Of a stretch of DNA of 64,000 nt, positions 23,925-34,287 are shown one piece after another. Origin of the DNA: Cenococcum geophilum (lineage: Eukaryota). The translations under genes were made by a program, and so were the position numbers. The stretch is taken from assembly GCA_050273025.1 (NCBI GenBank), contig CP158636.1, forward strand, positions 3,844,001-3,908,000. Reading direction: 5' to 3'. The number at the start of each line of letters is the position of its first letter. Within the stretch, counting starts at the first letter, position 1. The notes beneath the pieces were generated by a model. The model saw only the letters and a program-made list of their open reading frames with translations, was not told the DNA's origin and made no database searches.

Positions 23925-24288
23925 TGGGCTGTCGTGGTGTTGACGTGAGATGTCAAAAATCGCTCTTGTCCCAAAGCACCCGGAGCACACAGGGCACAGC
24001 CGGGGCAGCACTTGGCGCATCCTGGTCTTCCCGGAATTTCCTCGCTTGCTTTTTATTAAGCAGAATAGTAAGAAACCAACGGCAGCCGACCATGACCACG
24101 GCCAGGCATTGTATCCCAGGAAGGTTGCAGACAATGGATATGGGCCTGGAGTCGCCAATGGTTCCTTCCCTTCTTTCATCTTCTCAAACTTCTGTACCCG
24201 ACCATCTACTGCAACAATCCTGCACACGGCTACCCTTCTAACCTCCGCTACCGGATTCGCGGGATAGAAGAGGGACACAAGCACCGCT

Positions 24289-26112
24289 ATGCCCGAAAAG
24301 CCTTTGACAATCGCAACCTACGCTGCTGGTGCTTCACTTGCTGCCATTACCTTAGTATACGTCTTTGGGCCTACCTTTTTTCTCGATAATGAGTCGTCCA
24401 ACTCGCGCAAGAACGGCGTCGTCGGCCTCAGCAATTCGGCGAACGACTGCTTCATCAACTCAATACTGCAAGCGTTGGCTGGATTGGGAGACTTGCGCCT
24501 ATACTTGATACGGGAGACACATCGTCGGAAATTGGACGGCCCAAAGGTCTACGAGGTTGACCCAGAAAAAATACTTCAGGAGAAGAATGCCATCAAGCCA
24601 TGGAAGCTGGAGGGCCTGCGGAAGGGCATGGTAACTCTTGCGCTGAAAGAGATATTGGATAAACTCAATGAGAGGCCAATATACAGGAAGACAATTTCTC
24701 CGCATACCTTTATTCGCATGTTGGAACAAGCGTTTCGAACGCGGATCAGCAGGCAGCAACAAGATGCGCAGGAATTCCTCCAGATTGTTACAGAGAGGCT
24801 ATGTGAAGAGTATCATGCCGGACGGAAAGCACGGCAAGATTCCCGAAGGCTCAAGGCCATCGTTACTAACATGCAGACAACTTTCGAGAAGTTGGAAGTT
24901 CCCGAAACACCTAACCTCGCGGAACAAACCCTTCCAGAAGTTAGGGACGAGAAACAGGGACAGGCAGCAGAAAATGATGGTCGAGATGAAGGTGAGGATG
25001 AAGAAGGTTTTCCATTCGAAGGCAAGATTGAATCGCAAATTGAGTGCCTAACCTGCGGCTTTAAACCCAAACCCACCGTATCCACCTTCGTTACATTGAC
25101 GTTGAACGTTCCTCAAAAACCCGCAACGTCCCTCAACAGCTGCTTTGATGGAATGTTGAAGGTAGAACACATTGACGACTTTAAGTGCGAATACTGCCGC
25201 CTCGAGCACGCCCTTCGTAGCAAGGATCATGACCTTTCCAAAGCCAAGACGGAGGAGGCAAGGCAGCAATTAAAATCGGAAATCGCAAAAATAAGAAAGT
25301 CGTTGAGCGAAGACCCTGAGAAACCACCTCCAGATGTACAGCTTCCAGATGTCAAACTGGCCCCCCGACGGCGAATAGCCCGGCATATGTACATATCTTC
25401 ATTTCCTAAAATCCTTGCCATACACCTGTCCCGGTCCATATTTTCCGCTGCCACACTCTCTACAAAGAATATGGCCAAGGTGGCTTTCCCGGAAACACTA
25501 CCTCTTGGCAGTATCCTTGACCAAAGGAAATATAGATTACTTGGCGTAGTCACGCACAAAGGCGGTCATAATAGTGGCCACTACGAATCATTCCGTCGGC
25601 AAGTCGCTGCTACACCGTACTCCACACCTCACTCCTTTGGCGCAGAAGGAGCATACAGTATACAAGGAAGCCCGAATCCCTCGGTAGCTCAAAGCCCGAG
25701 AATCTCAACCTCGAATCTAGGAAGCACCAATGAGCGACAGTCGCCAGCCACTTCTACACTATCCTCGCCGGATATGTTCTCTCCATCTTCTTCGTCCTTA
25801 TCATCTAGAGCTTCGGGGGATTCTTCTCGAGGTCTTCCACCAACATCTGCTCCTCGCGATGACGCTACTGTACAGCCTCCAGCATCACCGACATCATCAA
25901 GGTCACGAACTGCCAAGTTAGTAAAATCAAGGGCTTCCTCGATAACGGATGTCTCACGTTTTAAGCGTAAACCGAAGAGACGAGACAATCGATGGTGGCG
26001 AATTAGCGATGATAAAATAAAAGAGAGTAGAACTAGTGATGTTCTTACTATGCAAAAAGAGGTTTACCTGCTCTTTTACGAATTGGATAGACGGGTTGAA
26101 GACGATATGTAG
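24289..26112 (+). CDS. UBP16: Ubiquitin C-terminal hydrolase (USP/C19), Ubp16/USP30-like with N-terminal membrane anchor
   Basis: 607-aa intronless ORF with Cys box GLSNSANDCFINSILQ, QQDAQEF, His box VVTHKGGHNSGHY, WWRISD, and a hydrophobic N-terminus. Confidence 0.9.
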   Translation: MPEKPLTIATYAAGASLAAITLVYVFGPTFFLDNESSNSRKNGVVGLSNSANDCFINSILQALAGLGDLRLYLIRETHRRKLDGPKVYEVDPEKILQEKNAIKPWKLEGLRKGMVTLALKEILDKLNERPIYRKTISPHTFIRMLEQAFRTRISRQQQDAQEFLQIVTERLCEEYHAGRKARQDSRRLKAIVTNMQTTFEKLEVPETPNLAEQTLPEVRDEKQGQAAENDGRDEGEDEEGFPFEGKIESQIECLTCGFKPKPTVSTFVTLTLNVPQKPATSLNSCFDGMLKVEHIDDFKCEYCRLEHALRSKDHDLSKAKTEEARQQLKSEIAKIRKSLSEDPEKPPPDVQLPDVKLAPRRRIARHMYISSFPKILAIHLSRSIFSAATLSTKNMAKVAFPETLPLGSILDQRKYRLLGVVTHKGGHNSGHYESFRRQVAATPYSTPHSFGAEGAYSIQGSPNPSVAQSPRISTSNLGSTNERQSPATSTLSSPDMFSPSSSSLSSRASGDSSRGLPPTSAPRDDATVQPPASPTSSRSRTAKLVKSRASSITDVSRFKRKPKRRDNRWWRISDDKIKESRTSDVLTMQKEVYLLFYELDRRVEDDM

Positions 26113-26682
26113 AGAAATCTCCATCTTTCCTGAATGTTTTGGCACTGACGTCTCGGCGTTTACTCTGATCAGAAAAGGGTTCGTTTGGAGCGATTCGCGG
26201 TTTCATGCAATAACGGGTTATCACGCTTAGACGTTGGAGACTTCCTTTACAGGAGCCCCGATTTCAGTTCTACGTGTCAATATTGGATTTTTTATTTCCC
26301 TTTGGGCGTGGTGAACAGGTTTTCAAGCCTGTCTGGTTGGCCTCAGGCACATAGAAACCCCACCACCACCGGTAGTGGGGCCACCCACATGTATAGTTTC
26401 CTGTACACAGCTTTCAAACAAAACTTTGACCAATCAAACCAAAATGCTACATGAAGTCTTATCGTGATGTTACAGCACATAGTTGCATAGCCTCCTCCCC
26501 CGCATTGCTCAGTCAATTGGCACACGAAGGCGGAGACAGAGAGCTCTCCAGGCAACCTCAACTACAAAGCTCTCACCCCTCCACCACCAACCCTCCCAAC
26601 CTAATCCACACCCCGCATTCCCAAGTCCAATCCACCTCCCACCAACCCAACTGCTGCCAACCCACCCACTTCCACACCCACA

Positions 26683-28487
26683 ATGCGCAACATCTTCAAG
26701 CGGCCGTCCCCCGCCTCCCCGCCAGCGCCCCACCCCGCCCCTCCCATCCCCACCCCCAGCACAAGCAACGCCAGCTCCAGCCTCCCCTCCGCAACGCCGC
26801 CCCGCGTCCTCATCATCGGCGCCGGCTCCCGCGGCTCCGCCTACGCCGCCGCCGCCCAGCGCGCCACCAACGCGCGCATCGCCGCCGTCGCCGAGCCCGT
26901 CCCGTTCAAGCGCGCTGAATTCGGCCGCCGCTTCATCTGGGGTGGGCGCGATCCTGCGCCTGCGGAGCAGTTCGAGGGCTGGGCGCAGTGGGTCGAGTAC
27001 GAGGCGGCGCGGCGGGAGCGGGAGCGGGCGGGGGAGAGGGTGGAGAGCGGGGTCGATGCGGTGGTGGTGTGTGTGTTGGATGAGATGCATGTGGAGGTGC
27101 TTTGTGGGATTGCGCGGTTTGGGCTGCATGTGCTGTGCGAGAAGCCGTTGGCGACGTCGTTGGAGGGGTGTGTGAGGATTTGGAGGGCGTTGGGTGGGGT
27201 TGGGGGTGGGGGTGGGATGTGGAAGGAGGGGGGAGAGGGAGAGCGGAACGAAGGAGAGGTGGTGGGTACGGAGAAGGGCAAGGGGTCGGTGTTTGGGATT
27301 TGCCATGTGTTGCGGTATTCGCCGCATAATATGCTGCTGAGGGAGTTGCTGCTGGAGAAGGAGGTTGTGGGCGATGTGCTGAGCATCGAGCATGTGGAGC
27401 CGGTGGGGTGGTGGCACTTTTCGCATAGCTATGTCAGGTACGTTGGTTTCCTCTCCTAGGATCTCGATGGGTGTGATATGAGGCTTCAATTTGTTTGAGC
27501 TGCAGTTGATGAGGTTTCAGAGGAAATTGGCGTAAGGAGTCTGTCACGGCGCCTTCACTTCTGACAAAGTCATGCCATGACATCGATTTCATCATGTGGC
27601 TTCTATGTTCGCCACCAGCATCTAGCACTAATCCACCTCACCTGCCGTCTTTCCTTACTTCTACGGGATCTAGGAAGTTCTTTAAGAAGGAGAGGAAGCC
27701 CGAAGCGGCCGGAGATGCTACCAACTGTCTGTCTTGTCCGATAGAGAAAGACTGTATTTACAGCGCCAAGAAGATTTACCTAGAAAAGCAATTGCAGTAT
27801 GGCAATACCGGATGGCCGGTTAAAATTGTAAATCCAGAGATTGAGGATTGCCTGGCGAAAGACGGCATGGAGGCCGCAAAGGAGAAGCTCCTCGACAACC
27901 TACGAGAGGACTATACGAAAGACACGCCCGTCTCTGAAGTCGAGAGTCGGCCTTGGTTCGGCAGATGCGTGTGGGAATCTGACAATGATGTTTGCGACGA
28001 CCAATGCGTGACCATCACGTGGGAAGATGACCCTTTGCCTGAAGGCCAGGAGGGTAAGGGCACCTTGAAAGGACGAGGAGCCAAGACAGCACAGTTCCAC
28101 ATGGTGGCGTTTACGGAGAAAATCTGTGAGCGGCGCGGCAGGATATACGGGACAAAAGGAGAAATTGAATATGATAGCACGACGATTAAGGTACACGACT
28201 TCAGCACCGGGTACACCAAGGCCCACCACCCTCAACAAACAGGGGGTGGGCACGGTGGGGGAGATGAGGGATTAGCACGGCAGTTCATCATGGCAGTGGA
28301 TGCGGTCAATAGCCAGGGGATGGCAGCAGCGGAGGCGCAAAGAAAGTACCTAGGATGCGATTTGGAGGAAGCATTCCGAAGTCACGCCATGGTATTTGCG
28401 GCTGAGGATGCGCGCAGGCAGAGAAGAGTGGTAGATTGGAAGCGATGGTGGGAGGACCGAGTGGAGCATCATTTGCATCAGCGGTAA
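26683..28487 (+). CDS. Gfo/Idh/MocA family NAD(P)-dependent oxidoreductase, 2 exons (intron 27438-27520)
   Basis: VLIIGAGSRG, HVLCEKPLA, HVLRYSP, HFSHSYVR/GNWR, LLTKSCHDID, GHGGGD. Confidence 0.92.
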
Positions 28488-30111
28488 AGGACATCAGCAA
28501 AGACCGCGATGGGGGAAACAATAGTTCCCGGGCGCGTACTGGAGGGAGTATTAGGATCTGGACGATGAAGCGTTCGAGGTCATGATAAACCGTTTCGGGG
28601 GGGTTTGGGGCATTTTGAGGCATTTTGGGGCCTTTTTCCACGCTCTGAGAAATTAAGGGCAATTTTTAGTGCCCGATGGGGATAATTTTGGCACATTTAA
28701 TGTTTGAAACGGCATGGGCGCTAACGCATTATGCAAGGCATGATGAGGCTCCACGGAGCATTCAACAGGTGCAACGTCAGATGATAACCGCCGAGTGCCA
28801 GATCGTGGGGAGACCAATAGCGGAAGCAACCGGCAGCATCGAAATCCATGTTACAGCGGGAATCGCATAATAGACGATCGGGTCCATCGAGGAGAGCGCA
28901 TGAAGTGAAGCACGGTGAGACTGAGGGATTTTGCTGCCTGCGATGAAATGGAGGCGAAATGGAGGGAGATGCGCGATGTGGGCGAGGCCGGCAACCCCCA
29001 AAGTCGCAAAGACAAACGCGTCGAGATGCGCGCCGTTATTGTCTGCGGGACACTCTTCGCATTTACGTGTTATAGTCGTGAACGTCCCATGAGTCACCTC
29101 TGTCGGTCTGCGGGTCTTGCAGCTGTTTTCGAAACGAATGCGGGCGATGGCCAATGGCCGGCTATACAGACTGATGACTCTTCAGTTCTCTCGGCAGCCC
29201 GTCGTGCACTGTGCAGCAAACCTGGCAGTCGGTGGTCCACAGCCTTGACCGCCCCACGGACGCGGGAGGGTCGGTTCGCACGCCCAATCACAGGCGGACA
29301 CAAGCAGGCGCCAAAATATCCTCAACTCCGCTGAGTCGCTGAATCGCTGCGTGTCCCGCAGCCAACCATGAAACTACCGCTCTGCTGGCCACCTCAGGCC
29401 TAGAATAGCCCCAGAAGACTCTGTGACACCGACCAGAAATATTCGGCGTCACTACACCAAGTTTCATCTTGCCAGCCGCCTGCATGAGCGCCTCGCCTAC
29501 CCGTTGGGACTGTCCACTGCTACCCTCCAAACCCTCCTCCCCTCCAGCCACTCATCTTCAACGTCGGTCGCCGTTGGGCCCCGGGCGACAGGGCAGAAAC
29601 TCAAGAATAGCATTCGTTTCATTGCCAGTTAGATTATGCCCTGGTCAGGTCCCTGTCCAGAAGGGTTAGTACTGATGTTTCAATCACCGTCTGGGGATTC
29701 AACCATGGTCTCCGATCTGTCGTGATGCCGCATGTAGCCCTGCGGTCGTTCTTCCGGTCTTTTGTTTTGTTGTTTCATCCTGCTCTGGCGCTAGTCCTCT
29801 CCAACCTAGTATACTCTGATTCTATGGCCAGCAAGCCCTCATTTCCCAGAGGATAAGTACACCTCACTTCGCCGCATAACCAGTTCCTCAGTTCCTGTCA
29901 TTCAGTTGTCTGAGCCTGCCTTACGAGACAACGAGTCTCTTTTGTTTCCATTTCCTTCCTGTTAGATCGTAGTAGGAGCCGGCCTCCACTCTAATCAATA
30001 TTCCATAATCCCTCCCATCCCCCAATCTTTACCTCCGTGTAAGTCATTGGATGTCCTTCTCTCATACCATTTTCTTATCTTTCCTTCAGTCCGTCAACAA
30101 GGTCTCTGTCC

Positions 30112-31917
30112 ATGTATCACCGACAAACTACGCCGCCATCGGCGACCTTTGCCTATCTCCCGGATAGTGTTCAGAGCCGGAATTCCTCCGATGGCACTTA
30201 TTTCTCCCAAGACTCTTCGCCTGACTCTGTCATCACTGCCTCCACCTCTCCTCCAAGGTCTCCCGTCAGACAGCATGGCCCTCTCCTTTTGCCAAAGGTC
30301 AGGCCGCAAGACCAGGTTATGGAACCCGTTGGTGGCCCAGTCAGACATCGCCGGACGACGTCGAACACCAGCATTGGGTACGCTTCAACTGCCTTCAACC
30401 CATATTCTCGACCAAACTCCATGATCCGCCGTGCCACGAGTCCCCCAAATCACAGCGCTCTAGTCTCCCCAGTCTCGGCAGCCTCTCCATACGACATAGC
30501 CTTTCACTCAGCTCTCAACTCCCCTATTACGTTCACGCCTACTGAGTCACGGCGTCCTTCCATTTCCCATCCTCGCTCTCATTCAGCAAATGCAGTCCGC
30601 TCCCACTCTCGTTCCGGCTCTGCTTCAAGCATCGACGAGTCTGTTATTGGTCGCTTCGGGTATCCGACCTACCGCCAGCTTCCCAGTTATGTGACTGCCT
30701 CCTCTGCTACTCCTCCAGCACTGAACCTTGTCACTGCTCTTCCCTCGTCGTTCCAGTCCCAAGTCCAAGAAGTGTCCCACATGCCATCAACCATTACACA
30801 AGACTACCAGATCTCTGAGTTCGCCTCAGCCCCAGCCGTGCAAGCTGTGCAATATCCTCTTGCAGCTGAGCTTCAATATGAGACTTTCCCTCAACCTCCG
30901 TCGACTACCACTCTCCTTGAGTACCTGACCGGACCCAATCCTTCTCCGGCTCTTGTGCGTCGCATTACAAGCGTCGGTCGTGGAATCAACACTCATTTCT
31001 GGTGGGACGTACGTAATCTCCGTAGCTGGACCGACTTCAACATCTCAACCATCAGCGCTATCCCTGGCCTGCTCCCACTCCTGCAAATCCCCGTTCCCTC
31101 CCCGGCACTCCCCAACCCGACACGCCCCAACATGATGCCCGAGACCGAGGCCGCTTTGCATGACATCTGCCGCGACTACTATGCCGCCAAGGTTAACGCT
31201 GCTCTCAAGGTTGCCCAGGGCAACTCTCACATGATGATGCGCGCATGCAAGCCACAGCCAGGTTCTCGCCAACAACCCGAGTTCATCTCGAACTATCAGT
31301 CCGATTATGAGAAGACGATCCTCGGTGATGGGCGCGGTCGCGTTGTTGGCCTTGTCAAGGCATACGATCAATGGAACACCGGAATGCGCACCGAGGCTCC
31401 AAACAAGCAGGTCCACTACCTCCAAGGGCTCGCCCAACTCCACCGCATCATGCGTGAACACGGATGCCGGTATGGGTTCATCATGACAGAGATTGAACTT
31501 CTCTGTGTCCGATGCGGTGGCCCTTCTTCGGCTGCGACTCCAGACACCACAACCGTCAACGCCAACAACGGTGTTCCTATCTTTGGCTACCTTGAGGTCT
31601 CAGCCCCCATTCGCCTCTCCACTCACAGTCTCGACCCCGAGACTAATGAGCTCCAAATGACTGCTGGTCTTGCGTTGTGGTACCTCCACATGCTTGCCAA
31701 GGAGTCGCCGCTCCCTGGAATGGGTAGCTGGAGAATGGACGTTGGAGGCCCAGCCGCGCTGACCAGGCAGAACTGCCTTGAGCGTGATAGCTGGATCCCC
31801 AAGCCCAATCTCTCCGAGAAGAGAGAGGCGAAGAGACTGAGAGGATGGGTCATGCCTGACGAACCGCTGAGTCGGAAGGAGTGTGGAAGAGGAAAACGAG
31901 CAAGGTCGAAAGCTTAG
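30112..31917 (+). CDS. Conserved fungal protein of unknown function: S/P/R-rich N-half and globular C-terminal domain
   Basis: 601-aa intronless ORF with coding-like codon bias; C-terminal HFWWD..RVVGLVK..W..YLQGLAQL...M....CRYGFIMTEIEL...LALWYLHMLA. Confidence 0.88.
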   Translation: MYHRQTTPPSATFAYLPDSVQSRNSSDGTYFSQDSSPDSVITASTSPPRSPVRQHGPLLLPKVRPQDQVMEPVGGPVRHRRTTSNTSIGYASTAFNPYSRPNSMIRRATSPPNHSALVSPVSAASPYDIAFHSALNSPITFTPTESRRPSISHPRSHSANAVRSHSRSGSASSIDESVIGRFGYPTYRQLPSYVTASSATPPALNLVTALPSSFQSQVQEVSHMPSTITQDYQISEFASAPAVQAVQYPLAAELQYETFPQPPSTTTLLEYLTGPNPSPALVRRITSVGRGINTHFWWDVRNLRSWTDFNISTISAIPGLLPLLQIPVPSPALPNPTRPNMMPETEAALHDICRDYYAAKVNAALKVAQGNSHMMMRACKPQPGSRQQPEFISNYQSDYEKTILGDGRGRVVGLVKAYDQWNTGMRTEAPNKQVHYLQGLAQLHRIMREHGCRYGFIMTEIELLCVRCGGPSSAATPDTTTVNANNGVPIFGYLEVSAPIRLSTHSLDPETNELQMTAGLALWYLHMLAKESPLPGMGSWRMDVGGPAALTRQNCLERDSWIPKPNLSEKREAKRLRGWVMPDEPLSRKECGRGKRARSKA

Positions 31918-32552
31918 AGACATCCTTTTAAAGATGTACAAATGGCGGAAGTGGTAATGTTATGAGCAATACTCGCTCATGCCGACATACACATGCTGCA
32001 GGTCAGCCACTTTTTTTTTCCTTTTCGTACTTGCATGTTTGGGCGCCTGGGAACTATAGCATCATTCGGAGTTTGTTTGTATTTGAAGCATTTACATGGT
32101 GGATTTGATATCCAAACAGGCATTATCAGGTGTTTTTGTAACGCAATTGAAATTTAGAATACATATACAACAAGCTTCCAAGTACCTCTCTAAGCATCCG
32201 TGCCGATGAATTGGGCGAATCACAAGTAGCCGGCCGGGAGATTCGGTTGGACAGCTTCCCCATAGTGCAGCACACGGATTCTCAATCTAGAGATTCCGAG
32301 GAAGTCACGAATTGAACATAGAACTAATGCCGAAATGTCCCACGTTGGATGCGCTTCGGCGCTCGTACCACCGCAAGCTCCAAGTCGCGAGCTTTGCGTT
32401 GGATGAACCTCGGCACAAGCACGGATGGCCTCTTCTTCCGGGCCTGATCATCCGCCCCTACCTTTTGCTGTCCTATTCACAGCTTCTTTGAAACCTCTGT
32501 TCATATCGGTTTGTTCTCAAATTCAATTGATTGAGCTTCTACACATCTCATA

Positions 32553-33617
32553 ATGGCTTATTCTAAACGCATCGACCAAATTGCGAACCACCTGAACTAC
32601 CCCAAGGGCATGCTTGCGGGGCAGGTAGCTATTATTACTGGATCCGGGCAAGGCATTGGTGCTGAAACTGCGAGGCTATTTGCGAATGAGGGGGCGAAAG
32701 TTGTCGTTTCTGATATTGATGGAAGTAAGTTGCTTAATCTTTAATTGCTTGTAGGAACAGCTCAATTAGAGCGGTGTTGATGTTCATGGCTATTTTTATT
32801 TTATTTTAGAGAAGGCAGAGGATACAGCACAGAAGATCAACGAATCCGGCGGCAGCGCCATAGCTGTAGCAGGCGATATGCTCGACGACAAGTATATTGA
32901 GGAATTGGTCAAGAAGGCAGCAGAGTTCGGAAACGGCAAGATTCATATTATTGTTAACAATGCCGGTTACACATGGGACGGCGTGATCCACAAGGTATGC
33001 AACATTTCCCACTTCCACACATCCCCAGAGTCCCCCAAGACAGAACTCTTCCAACCCGCCTACGAGCAGAGCTGACAGTCCCGGCCTCTCTCCAGATGAC
33101 AGACAAGCAATGGAACACGATCCTCGCGCTGCACAGCACGGCGCCGTTCAAGCTGGTCCGGGCCGCAGCGCCCTACTTCCGCGTCAAAGACGGCTCGCCG
33201 CGCAACATCATCAACATCTCGTCGACGTCCGGGCTGCACGGCAACGCGGGGCAGGCCAACTACGCGCAGGCCAAGGCGGGCGTCGTCGGGCTCACCAAGA
33301 CCATCGCGAAGGAGTGGGGCCCGCAGTTCGGCGTGCGCGCCAACACGGTCGCCTTCGGCCACATCCTGACGCGCCTGACGCAGGCCAAGGAGGCTGGTGC
33401 CTTCGTCACCACGCCTGATGGCGACAGGGTTGCTTTGGGTATACCGCAGGCCCAGAAGGCTGCCGGGCCTGGCGGGGGGGACCAGCATCTCGATATCCCG
33501 CTCCGGAGGCCTGGCTCGGCGACCGAGGCGGCGAGTGCGGTGCTGGCGGTTGCGAGTCCGCTGTTCAGCTATGTCAGTGGCCAGACGCTGAGTGTGACGG
33601 GTGGGAGGAATATGTAG
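32553..33617 (+). CDS. Short-chain dehydrogenase/reductase (3-oxoacyl reductase-like) with PTS2, 3 exons (introns 32725-32809 and 32995-33095)
   Basis: TGSGQGIG, VNNAG, NISS, YAQAK; N-terminal RIDQIANHL. Confidence 0.93.
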
Positions 33618-34287
33618 ATTGGACGGTTGGGGAGACGGTTTGGACTGGAGGCCTGGGATATGTATTAGCAACTTGAGAGATGGCGTCTTCTGTAAGTGTA
33701 TATATTCGATTTTGTTAGCATCAGATGCAGGGTTATGTCGGAGCAATCAACGAAGCTGTGAGGCTTGGATGGTTTAATTTGTTGCCAACCCATGGGCTTC
33801 AAGCCGTGTATCAAAAGTCGAAGAGGATTCCATGGAACGATGAATAGTAAAAAATTCACTGAGAAAATGTGTCGGGGCTGCTCTGCGTATTCAGTTGTAA
33901 AGTCTTGGGTTGGTCGTATAATGTTGTGGTACAGTAACAATTAAGCGGATCGCGCTTTGGCCGGGGGAAACTCGAAACGCTCGGACCCCAGCTCCCAGAC
34001 ATGGTGTGTAAGACCCCGTCAGCTCCACCAAAGCCACAGCTCACTTCATAACCACAGCATCTTTCTCCGTATCTATTCCCCATTCCCTCCCTTCGATGAC
34101 CCTGTTCTTAATCTGAAAGACAGGGCATCTTGTTTTCTTCGTATCACGATGAACATGGGCATACGGTAGCCCTGCACCAAAAAAATCCCTAATCCCTAAA
34201 CCACCAGCACCGCCCCCTTCCACCCTCGCAATTTCTCCGCGAATCCGCACACCGGGACCTGGCATCCCCCAAACCCCCTAGGCTCCA

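Noticed and set aside
23925..24284. N-terminal extension of the 215-aa minus ORF
   Set aside because: It overlaps the UBP16 promoter; the Met at 23924 gives a typical mitochondrial presequence.
31900..31917. C-terminal SKA as PTS1
   Set aside because: Terminal Ala does not fit the [SAC][KRH][LM] consensus; the basic tail looks more like an NLS.
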